DNA of 64,000 nt, taken from contig DAHVLZ010000038.1 in assembly GCA_027320085.1 (NCBI GenBank), positions 1-64,000 of the forward strand, given 5' to 3'. Below, piece after piece: positions 1 through 8,421 of this stretch; the first letter of the stretch is position 1; each line of letters begins with the position of its first letter. Below the pieces are notes generated by a model that worked only from the letters and a program-made list of their open reading frames with translations, searched no databases and was not told where the DNA came from. Position numbers and translations under genes: made by a program. Source of the DNA: Pseudomonadota bacterium (GTDB lineage: Bacteria > Pseudomonadota > Gammaproteobacteria > JAKAQQ01).

Positions 1-7
1 CCCTTTA

Positions 8-1003
8 TTGCTGGCCGGTGACATTGGCGGAACCAAGGCCATATTGGAACTTTTCGAGGCGTATCCGGAGGGCCCCCGGAGGGTTCGTCAGGGGGAAGTC
101 GAGTGTGTTGACTACGAGTCGCTGGAAGCGCTGCTGGCCTCGTTTTTGGGAACTGATAAGGCTCGCGTGCGGGCTGCCGCCCTGTCAGTGGCGGCTCCGC
201 TTCGTCGGGGGCAGGGCCGGTTTACCAACCTGCCCTGGAAGATGGATCAGTCAGTCCTGGCCAGGGAACTGGGGATTTCCAAGATCCTTCTCATCAACGA
301 TTTCGTGGCAGCGGTGTCTGGAATCCAGGAGCTTGGCGACGAAGACCTTTGCTGGCTGAACCGCGGGGTTCCCGATCCTGTCGGCATGCGTGTGGTCCTC
401 GGTCCTGGAACCGGCCTGGGTCTGGGTTTCGGGATTTCGCAATCCGGGTCCTTCCGTTTGGATGCTTGGCCGTCCGAAGGAGGGCATGTCGACTTTGCCC
501 CCCGATCCGACGAGGATGCCGAGATCTGGCGTTATGCACGCCAAGCCTTCGAGGGTCGGGTCAGCTATGAACGCTTGCTTTCCGGCTCGGGTCTGAGCCT
601 GCTCTATGCCTTCTACCGCCTGCAAAGTGGATTGGCACGGTCCGATGAGGGGGGGGGCGGATGTGAACCCGCCGAGGTGAGTCGCCGGGCCGAGCAGGGA
701 GGGGATGCGGATGCGGTCCAGGCAGTGGCCAAGTTTCTCGAGTTGCTGGGCGCATTTGCCGGCAATGCGGCATTGCTGTTCATACCGCAGGGCGGGGTGT
801 ATCTGGCTGGCGGGGTGGTGGTCCACCTGGCTTCCCATCTCCATCGGAGTGCGCTCCTGGGTGCTTTTTCAGACAAGGGGAGGCTCTCGGATGTGGTCGC
901 CCGGATTCCTCTGGCCGCAGTACTCAACCCTCAATTGGAGCTTTTCGGCGCTCGTTTGTGCGCAGAACGGCTGGTGCGATTTCGGCGCCGCTCGATGGCC
1001 TGA
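8..1003 (+). CDS. glk: Glucokinase (true start may lie upstream of the window)
   Basis: LAGDIGGTK, LINDF, GPGTGLG, SEGGH and GGVYLAGG motifs; the frame is open to the window edge. Confidence 0.93.
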   Translation: MLAGDIGGTKAILELFEAYPEGPRRVRQGEVECVDYESLEALLASFLGTDKARVRAAALSVAAPLRRGQGRFTNLPWKMDQSVLARELGISKILLINDFVAAVSGIQELGDEDLCWLNRGVPDPVGMRVVLGPGTGLGLGFGISQSGSFRLDAWPSEGGHVDFAPRSDEDAEIWRYARQAFEGRVSYERLLSGSGLSLLYAFYRLQSGLARSDEGGGGCEPAEVSRRAEQGGDADAVQAVAKFLELLGAFAGNAALLFIPQGGVYLAGGVVVHLASHLHRSALLGAFSDKGRLSDVVARIPLAAVLNPQLELFGARLCAERLVRFRRRSMA

Positions 1004-2418
1004 CCATAAGCCTTCTCGTATTCACGGGCACGTGAGCTCCAGCTGAAATCGAGATTCATGGCGCGTTCGCAGATTGAATTCCAGCGTGGGAGGTCTTGGA
1101 ATGCCTGTTCGGCGCGGTGGCAGCAGTCAATGAGAGCCTGAGCAGTCGGTTCGCCGAAGAGAAAACCGGTTCCTCCCGGAGTTCGGTCCGCATCCAGGAC
1201 TGTATCGACTAGCCCACCTGTTGCGTGAGCCACGGGGGGGGTACCGTAGTGTTGACTGTACATCTGGGTCAGCCCACAGGGCTCGTAGCGGGAAGGCATG
1301 AGAAAAAGGTCGGCCCCAGCCATGATCAGGTGCGCCATGGATTCGTTCTGTTCGGTCAGGAGGGCGACCTGTCTCCGGTAGGCGCGGCATGACTCCCTGA
1401 GCCATTGCTCCGCGTCCGGGGCTCCTTTCCCGAGCAACACGAGCCGCCAACCCCGCATCACCAGTTCGGGGATTGCAGCCGCGAGCAGGTCGATTCCTTT
1501 TTCGTTTACGAGCCGGCCCACGAACCCGGCCACGGGATGCACCGTGTCCTCCAGGCCCACGAGATCCAGCAGCGACTTTCGGCACACCCGTTTGCCTTCG
1601 GGCCTTCCTGCCGCATAGTGGGCCGGCAACAGCGGATCCGACTCAGGATTCCAAGTGTCCAAATCAATGCCGTTCAGGATCCCGGAAAGATCGTTTTGCC
1701 GTTTTCGGATCAGGTCGGCCAGACCATTGCCTCCCTCGGGCGTGCTGATCTCACGTGCGTAGTTCGGGCTCACGGTGGTCAGCTGGTCTGCAAAACGCAG
1801 GCCGGTCTTGAGGCTCGAGGCCGAGTAACCCAGGAGAATTCCAGGATCTTCGTTCCATAGGTTGGCTGGAAGTGCCAGCCGGTCGAAGCTTTCCCGGTCA
1901 AAAAGACCGGGGTATCCCAGATTGTGGATCGTGAAGAAGGTGGGGATGGCGGTCCCGAGCGCTTGCGACCAGAAGGGGATGAGGCCCATAGGCCAGTCGT
2001 GTCCATGCAGGATGTCTGGGCGGGTTGGGGCTTCTTGTCCCTGTCGAGCGTAAGCCATGACCAAGATCTTGCAAAAGAGGGCATATCGCTCGACCAGATC
2101 CGGCCAGGGCCGGCCGGAAGCATCGGCATAGGGAGTTCCGGATCGGCCTGAGAACCCGGGTCCTGAGATCCAGAGGATACGCAGACGGTCGGTGACGGGA
2201 GTTTCCTGCCACTTCCATTCGGGAACGACCAGAAAGCCGCTGCGTTCCCTCGGGAGCAAGACCGTGTCGGGCAGTCCAGTGGTTCCCGTGCAGGGGACGA
2301 GGATCTGGACCTCATGTCCTAAGCTCGCCAGGGCCCGCCCCAATGAGGCCGAGACGTCGGCAAGTCCCCCAACCTTGATCCATGGAGCAAGTTCACTCGT
2401 GACAAAGGCGATATTCAT
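931..2418 (-). CDS. glgA: Glycogen synthase
   Basis: MNIAFVTSELAPWIKVGGLADV (KxGGL), HGHDW, TIHNLGYPG, PSRYEPCGLTQMY; start placed at ATG 2418. Confidence 0.95.
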   Translation of the reverse strand: MNIAFVTSELAPWIKVGGLADVSASLGRALASLGHEVQILVPCTGTTGLPDTVLLPRERSGFLVVPEWKWQETPVTDRLRILWISGPGFSGRSGTPYADASGRPWPDLVERYALFCKILVMAYARQGQEAPTRPDILHGHDWPMGLIPFWSQALGTAIPTFFTIHNLGYPGLFDRESFDRLALPANLWNEDPGILLGYSASSLKTGLRFADQLTTVSPNYAREISTPEGGNGLADLIRKRQNDLSGILNGIDLDTWNPESDPLLPAHYAAGRPEGKRVCRKSLLDLVGLEDTVHPVAGFVGRLVNEKGIDLLAAAIPELVMRGWRLVLLGKGAPDAEQWLRESCRAYRRQVALLTEQNESMAHLIMAGADLFLMPSRYEPCGLTQMYSQHYGTPPVAHATGGLVDTVLDADRTPGGTGFLFGEPTAQALIDCCHRAEQAFQDLPRWNSICERAMNLDFSWSSRAREYEKAYGQAIERRRNRTSRSAHKRAPKSSN

Positions 2419-2537
2419 ATGTGCTCGGAGGGAAGCCAGGGGATTGGGTCGCGGTACCGCCCGGCACATCGAACCGGGCCATGTTATCGTAACAAAACGC
2501 CTTTAAGAAGAAGGAAACCGGCCTTGCGGTTTTCTGG

Positions 2538-3770
2538 ATGAAGAGCCTGGATTTTTCGCACCGGCTTATCAGCCGGCTGGTCCGTCAGACCTTGGCTGTG
2601 ATTCTTGCAGGAGGCCGGGGATCACGCCTCAGGGGATTGACCGAAAATCGTGCAAAGCCTGCCATGCCATTCGGAGGCAAATACCGGATCATTGACTTCC
2701 CGCTTTCCAACTGCCTGAATTCCGGGATTCGCCAGATTGAGGTGATCACCCAGTACAAGGCGCATACCCTGATTCGTCACTTATCGCAGGGATGGAGTTT
2801 CCTGCGTGGCGACTTCGAGGAATTCATTGAGATTCTGCCAGCACAGCAGCAGTGCGGGACCCAGTGGTACCAGGGCACCGCTGATGCCGTGTACCAGAAC
2901 TTGGATCTCATGCGGACCCATCGTTATGCCTATGCACTGATTCTGGGTGGTGACCATATCTACAAGATGGACTACAGTACCCTTCTGGGTTTCCACGTCA
3001 GCCGGGGAGCGGATGTGACAGTTGCCCTGAGTGTGGTTCCCATCAGTGAAGTTTCTCGGTACGGGATCGTGCGTCTCGACTCTGAAGACCGGATGATCGA
3101 TTTCCGTGAAAAACCGGACCAGCTTCCTCCGGAATGGTATCCGGGAGGCCAGGCGACCGCCTCCATGGGCATTTATGTCTTCAACCGTGATTTCCTGAAT
3201 TCCTGTCTCAAGGAGGACGCCAGCCGAGCAGACTCGGGGCATGATTTTGGACATGATCTGCTGCCCCGGCTGATCGCTGGTGCCAAAGTTTATGGATTCC
3301 GCTTCACGGACGGTTCGGGAAATCCTGCTTACTGGCGGGATATTGCGGATCTGGATGCCTATTGGAATTCAAACATGGAACTTGTCGAGGTCATTCCGGA
3401 ATGTAATCTGTACGATCTGGATTGGCCGATCTGGACGGCTGCTGAACAAGGGCCGCCGGCCAAGTTTGTGTTTGATGAACCTTCCCGCAAGGGGATGGCG
3501 CTGAACTCACTCATCGCTGGAGGTTCGATTATTTCTGGATCGGTCATCCGAACCTCCGTGGTCTCACGTAATGTCCGGATTGAGGACGGATGCGAAATCG
3601 AGCAGTCCGTGATCTTGAGTGGAGCGACAATTGGGGCGGGCTCACGGTTGCGCCGTGTGGTCGTGGAAGAGGGGGTCACGCTCAGGCCCGGTACGTATAT
3701 TGGGTATGATCCAGTGATTGATGCCAGGGACTACGAGAGAAGCTCTGGTGGCATCACGCTGGTGCGCTAA
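2538..3770 (+). CDS. glgC: Glucose-1-phosphate adenylyltransferase
   Basis: LAGGRGSRL, AKPAMPFGGKYRIIDF, WYQGTADAVYQN, GDHIYKMDY. Confidence 0.97.
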   Translation: MKSLDFSHRLISRLVRQTLAVILAGGRGSRLRGLTENRAKPAMPFGGKYRIIDFPLSNCLNSGIRQIEVITQYKAHTLIRHLSQGWSFLRGDFEEFIEILPAQQQCGTQWYQGTADAVYQNLDLMRTHRYAYALILGGDHIYKMDYSTLLGFHVSRGADVTVALSVVPISEVSRYGIVRLDSEDRMIDFREKPDQLPPEWYPGGQATASMGIYVFNRDFLNSCLKEDASRADSGHDFGHDLLPRLIAGAKVYGFRFTDGSGNPAYWRDIADLDAYWNSNMELVEVIPECNLYDLDWPIWTAAEQGPPAKFVFDEPSRKGMALNSLIAGGSIISGSVIRTSVVSRNVRIEDGCEIEQSVILSGATIGAGSRLRRVVVEEGVTLRPGTYIGYDPVIDARDYERSSGGITLVR

Positions 3771-3877
3771 TCTCGCGAGAGTGCAGGGTCCGAATGTTCG
3801 AGGTCACATATCCACACGTCGTGTGGGTCAATCGTCGGCCGGGTTCCCCAAGAAACGAAACACCAATTTCAGGTGGA

Positions 3878-5179
3878 TTATCCCCTGAAAAGCGAGCGGG
3901 CCAGCTCGGGCCCGGCATAACGCGCCTCTCGACCCAATTCCTGCTCAATGGCGAGGAGACGATTGTATTTGGCGATCCGTTCTCCTCGTGCGGGTGCGCC
4001 TGCCTTGATCTGGCCCGCATGACTGGCAACGACGAGGTCCGAAATGAATGCATCGGGAGTCTCGCCGGAACGGTGAGACACCATGACCCGCCAGTCCCCC
4101 CCGATGGCCGTTCCGATTGCGGCCTGGGTTTCGGAGACAGTGCCGATCTGGTTCGGCTTGATCAGGACCGCATTGGCTTGCCGGGTCCGGATCCCACTTG
4201 CGATCAGCTGAGGGTTGGTGCAATAAATGTCGTCTCCAATGATCTGGACTTGGGATCCAACCTGCTCAGTCAGCAATGGCCAGGATTCGGAATCCGATTC
4301 GCTGAGTGGGTCTTCCAAAGAAATCAGGAAGGGGTAGTCTTTAACCAGTGATGCGCAGTAATCCACCATGCCGGGAGAGTCGAGACTGCGCTTTTCGGTT
4401 CGCAGCAGATACCCGTTGGATTCGAAGAAACCGCTGGCAGCAAGATCAAGGGCAATCGCCACATCAGCACCTGGCGTGAATCCGGATTTTTCAATTGCCC
4501 GGGCGATCAAGTCAATGGGTGCCCGGTTGGAGGTTGTGGGCGGTGCGAACCCGCCTTCGTCACCGACCCCGGTTGGTAGGTGGCTTTTCTTGAGCTCGCT
4601 CTGCAGCACATGATAGATTTCGCTGCTCCAGCGCAGGGCATCACGAAACGAAGAGGCCCCCCACGGCACGATCATATACTCCTGGAAATCGGATCCCTGC
4701 CACTGGGCATGGACCCCACCATTCCAGATATTGAGATACGGAACGGGGATCAGGGCGGGAGCTGAATCCGGGTGCAGGCTCCGGTAGAGGGGTATTTTCT
4801 GACGATGGGCGAGCGCGCGTGAAAAGGCGATCGAGCAGCCAAGGAGGCTGTTTGCCCCGAGCCGGGTTTTCCCCGAGGTGCCATCCAGTTCAATCATCAG
4901 GCGGTCGAGACTGGTCTGGTCTTCCGGCTGTTGTGCGACGATCGCGTGTGACAACTCCCCTTCAACCGCCCGGATGGCCTGGAGAACGCCCAGTCCACGG
5001 TAGCGGGAGGCGTCGCCATCACGAAGCTCATGGGCTTCGCGACTACCGGTTGAGGCGCCGGAGGGAATCCCGGCCTCATGGACGCTGTGGTCGGCCAGAA
5101 CGCATTGCACCAATAAGGTTGGATTGCCGCGCGAGTCAAGAATTTCTGAGGCCTGAAATTGCCGGATCCAGGGTTTCAT
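3878..5179 (-). CDS. eno: Enolase
   Basis: EILDSRGNPT, PSGASTG, GDEGGF, SHRSGET, AKYNRLL. Confidence 0.96.
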   Translation of the reverse strand: MKPWIRQFQASEILDSRGNPTLLVQCVLADHSVHEAGIPSGASTGSREAHELRDGDASRYRGLGVLQAIRAVEGELSHAIVAQQPEDQTSLDRLMIELDGTSGKTRLGANSLLGCSIAFSRALAHRQKIPLYRSLHPDSAPALIPVPYLNIWNGGVHAQWQGSDFQEYMIVPWGASSFRDALRWSSEIYHVLQSELKKSHLPTGVGDEGGFAPPTTSNRAPIDLIARAIEKSGFTPGADVAIALDLAASGFFESNGYLLRTEKRSLDSPGMVDYCASLVKDYPFLISLEDPLSESDSESWPLLTEQVGSQVQIIGDDIYCTNPQLIASGIRTRQANAVLIKPNQIGTVSETQAAIGTAIGGDWRVMVSHRSGETPDAFISDLVVASHAGQIKAGAPARGERIAKYNRLLAIEQELGREARYAGPELARSLFRG

Positions 5180-5210
5180 GGGGTGTCTTTGAGAGTCAGG
5201 TGTGTGCGTT

Positions 5211-5219
5211 ATTGTATCA
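5211..5219 (-). promoter_or_regulatory. Putative extended -10 promoter (TGaTACAAT) for eno
   Basis: Minus strand reads TGATACAAT about 30 nt upstream of the eno ATG. Confidence 0.45.
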
Positions 5220-5951
5220 AGGGCGGGGTGCAAGCCCGGACCCGGACGCGTCGGATATGCCAGATCCCGCGGCAGGACGGTCGCACCAAAACGGATCGGA
5301 AGGCTGGTAGACCCGGCTCGCGGGGATGGCGGGATCCCGCGTCAGGCAGCGGGTCAGCGCCTCGTGCTTGTCGGGTCCGCAAGCCAGCCAGAGACGGGTT
5401 GGGGCCGCCTGGATGGCCGGGACGGTGAGGGTCAGGCGGCTCTGGCCCCGGTATGGACGGGTGGGGCCCACACTTTGATCCACGAGGTCAAGAACAGGAT
5501 CGCCGGGGACGAGAGAGGCGGTATGTCCGTCTTCCCCCAAGCCGAGATGAATGAGGTCTAGAACCGGCGGTGTCCCACAGAAGGCTTCCAACTCCTTTTC
5601 GTAGTCGGTGGCCTCTTTCAGGGTCGCGCTTGTGCTACCGCAGGGCATCGGATGGAAACGGATCCCGGGAGGGAGGAGGGGGATCAGGTGGCTCGCATTG
5701 CGCTCCGGTGAGCCTTCCGGGGCCATCCGTTCATCCGTCTGGAAGAGGTCGATGCGCGTCCAGGGTAGTTCTTCGCGGAAAAATGCGGCCAGCATGGGCC
5801 ACGGGGTGGTGCCGCCGGAAACCGCCAGTCGGCATCGTCCGTTCCGGGCAATGGTCTCTGCGACGTAACGGATCAGGTACAGGGCGGCCTCGTGACAGGC
5901 GGAGGGACAATCCTGGGCAATCTTGAGATTGCGGGAAGCCACATCGATCAT
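5217..5951 (-). CDS. pgl: 6-phosphogluconolactonase
   Basis: SGGTTP, DER, LGLGEDGHTASL; follows zwf. Confidence 0.92.
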   Translation of the reverse strand: MIDVASRNLKIAQDCPSACHEAALYLIRYVAETIARNGRCRLAVSGGTTPWPMLAAFFREELPWTRIDLFQTDERMAPEGSPERNASHLIPLLPPGIRFHPMPCGSTSATLKEATDYEKELEAFCGTPPVLDLIHLGLGEDGHTASLVPGDPVLDLVDQSVGPTRPYRGQSRLTLTVPAIQAAPTRLWLACGPDKHEALTRCLTRDPAIPASRVYQPSDPFWCDRPAAGSGISDASGSGLAPRP

Positions 5952-7366
5952 GAAGGTCCTTTCGGTGCCGGTCCGCCGTTTTCCTTGCCGGATGGATCGT
6001 GCCAGCCTCCCGGCAGGTCGGTCAGGCTGTCGGCCTCCCGCGGTCCCATCGACCCCACCGGGTATTCATATACGGGAGTGTTCTGGTTCAGGCCCGGATC
6101 CACAATCCGCCAAGCGGCCTCCACCGCCTCCTGGCTCGTAAACAGGCTCTGGTCCCCCCGGATGGCGTCACCCAGCAAGAGCTCATAGGGTTCTTCCTCC
6201 CCACTCTGGTTGCGCATCACCAGTAATTCGAGCGGCTGGCCGACCATGGTAGGGCCGGGCCGTTTGGCCCGGGCGCCGAGTCCGATCTCCACGCGGTCGG
6301 GCCCAAGACGAAAGCGAAGGTAGTTGCTGCCTGGTGGAAAGGGTTCGTTGGTGATGGAAACCGGCGGATGCTTGAAACGAACGAGGATTTCGGTGGCACT
6401 CACTCGGAGGTGTTTCCCCGCCCGGATCAGGATGGGGACTCCGCTCCAACGCCAGGTCTCGATTGTGGTCCTGAGTGCGGCATAGGTTTCCGTTTTGGAC
6501 TGGGGATGAACACCCGGTTCCTGGAGATAGCCAGCATACTGGCCCCGGATGAGCTGCGTGGGTTGGATCGGCAGGATCGCCTTTAGAATCTTCGTTTTTT
6601 CGTCCCGGTTCGACTCGGCCGAAGCATTGATCGGGGGATCCATGGTCAGGATCGAGAGGGTGTGGAGGAGGTGGTTCTGGACCACGTCCCGGATGGCCCC
6701 CACCTCGTCATAAAACGCCCCCCGGTCAGAGACTCCGAAATTTTCAGCCATGGTGACCTGGATGCTTTCCACATAGTGGTTATTCCAGATGGGTTCCAGG
6801 AAACTGTTGACAAAACGAAAGTAGATCAGATTCAGAACCGGGTCCTTGCCCAGGTAGTGATCGATACGGAAAAGGCGTTCTTCGGGGACGACCGAGTGAA
6901 GGAGCCGGTTCAACGCAATGGCCGACTGCAGGTCATGCCCAAAGGGTTTCTCGACGATCAGGCGGGCCCGGTGAGTCAGCTTGTGTTGGTGGAGTGCATC
7001 GGCGACCGTTCCAAACAGGCTGGGGGGAATCGCCAGGTAGAACAAGGGAGCCCGGACATCCCTCAGGTGATCGGCCAAGGCAAGGAAAGTGGCCTCATCG
7101 CGGTAGTCTCCATCAATGTAGGCAAAGCGTTTGCAGAGGCTTTCGGCCGCTGCATTTCCGGTCCCCGGCGAGAGCCCCTTTAGGCTTTCCCGGATGCGTT
7201 GGTGGAATTGGTCTTGTGACCAGCCGCTTTTGGCGACCCCGATCAGCTGTCGGGGTAGAGACCCTGAAGACTCGAGACGGGCCAAGGCACTGAAAATCTT
7301 TTTTGCTGCCAAATCACCGCTTGCGCCAAACAGGACGAAGGCATCGGAGTGCTCGACTTCCGTCAT
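5948..7366 (-). CDS. zwf: Glucose-6-phosphate 1-dehydrogenase
   Basis: FGASGDLA, EKPFG, RIDHYLGK, RDVVQNHL. Confidence 0.97.
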   Translation of the reverse strand: MTEVEHSDAFVLFGASGDLAAKKIFSALARLESSGSLPRQLIGVAKSGWSQDQFHQRIRESLKGLSPGTGNAAAESLCKRFAYIDGDYRDEATFLALADHLRDVRAPLFYLAIPPSLFGTVADALHQHKLTHRARLIVEKPFGHDLQSAIALNRLLHSVVPEERLFRIDHYLGKDPVLNLIYFRFVNSFLEPIWNNHYVESIQVTMAENFGVSDRGAFYDEVGAIRDVVQNHLLHTLSILTMDPPINASAESNRDEKTKILKAILPIQPTQLIRGQYAGYLQEPGVHPQSKTETYAALRTTIETWRWSGVPILIRAGKHLRVSATEILVRFKHPPVSITNEPFPPGSNYLRFRLGPDRVEIGLGARAKRPGPTMVGQPLELLVMRNQSGEEEPYELLLGDAIRGDQSLFTSQEAVEAAWRIVDPGLNQNTPVYEYPVGSMGPREADSLTDLPGGWHDPSGKENGGPAPKGPS

Positions 7367-8388
7367 GAGGGCGCCCCCGATTTTTCGGCATGTCCGCCAA
7401 ACTCACTGCGCAAGGCGGAAAGCAGGCGCCGGGCAAAATCACTCTCGCCACGGGAATCAAAACGGGCGAAAAGGGCTGTGGCCAGGGTGGGAGCGGGTGT
7501 CCCTGACTCGATCGCAGCCTCAACGGTCCAGCGACCCTCTCCCGAGTCAGACACGCGGCCATGAAAGGATTGCAGTTCCGCGTCGTGGCCGAGTGCATCT
7601 GCGACGAGGTCGAGCAACCACGAGGAGATCACGCTCCCCCGGCGCCAGAGTTCCGCAATCTCGGCGAGGGGAAGGGAGTACTGGTAGGCCTCAGGGTCCC
7701 GGAGCGGGGTGGTTTCGGCGTCGTTGGCAACCGGGTGGCTCCCGACGTTGGCATGGCGCAGGATATTGAATCCTTCTGCATAGGCAGCCATCAGACCATA
7801 CTCAATGCCGTTGTGGACCATCTTGACAAAATGGCCGGCACCGCTGGGCCCGCACAGCAGATAGCCTCTTTCGGCACTGGTTGGCTGCTGTTGGATGCGT
7901 GCGGGAGTCCGGTCCGCAGCCGCCACGCCAGGTGCCAGAGCGGCAAAAATCGGCTCCAGACGTGCGTAGGCCTCGCGTGTCCCGCCGATCATGAGGCAGT
8001 ATCCGCGCTCCAGTCCAAAAATCCCGCCACTGGTCCCCACATCCAGGTATTCGATCTGCTTTTGAGCCAGTTCCTTCGAACGGCGCTGGTCGTCACGGTA
8101 GAAGGAGTTTCCCCCGTCGATCACCGTGTCTCCCGGTGCGAGCAGGGGCCCCAGCTCTTGAAGCAGGCGGTCCACCCGCCCAGCCGGGATCATCAACCAG
8201 ACCGTTTTGGGTGGGGTGAGTTGCCCGACCAGCTCTCCCAGGCTGTGGACCCCCGTGCCCCCATATCGGACCAGGGTCTGGAGCAGGCTCGCATCCACAT
8301 CAAATCCGACCACTTCGTGTTTCGCGTCAAGCAGCCGGCGGGCCATGTTGATACCCATCCGGCCCAAACCAACCAAGCCTATTTTCAC
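7363..8388 (-). CDS. gnd: Decarboxylating 6-phosphogluconate dehydrogenase (short type)
   Basis: GLGRMG, IDGGNS, KMVHNGIEYG, DSGEGRW, FGGH. Confidence 0.95.
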   Translation of the reverse strand: MKIGLVGLGRMGINMARRLLDAKHEVVGFDVDASLLQTLVRYGGTGVHSLGELVGQLTPPKTVWLMIPAGRVDRLLQELGPLLAPGDTVIDGGNSFYRDDQRRSKELAQKQIEYLDVGTSGGIFGLERGYCLMIGGTREAYARLEPIFAALAPGVAAADRTPARIQQQPTSAERGYLLCGPSGAGHFVKMVHNGIEYGLMAAYAEGFNILRHANVGSHPVANDAETTPLRDPEAYQYSLPLAEIAELWRRGSVISSWLLDLVADALGHDAELQSFHGRVSDSGEGRWTVEAAIESGTPAPTLATALFARFDSRGESDFARRLLSALRSEFGGHAEKSGAPS

Positions 8389-8421
8389 AATCTTGTCTCC
8401 GGTTTGTGGGTAGATCCCGTT

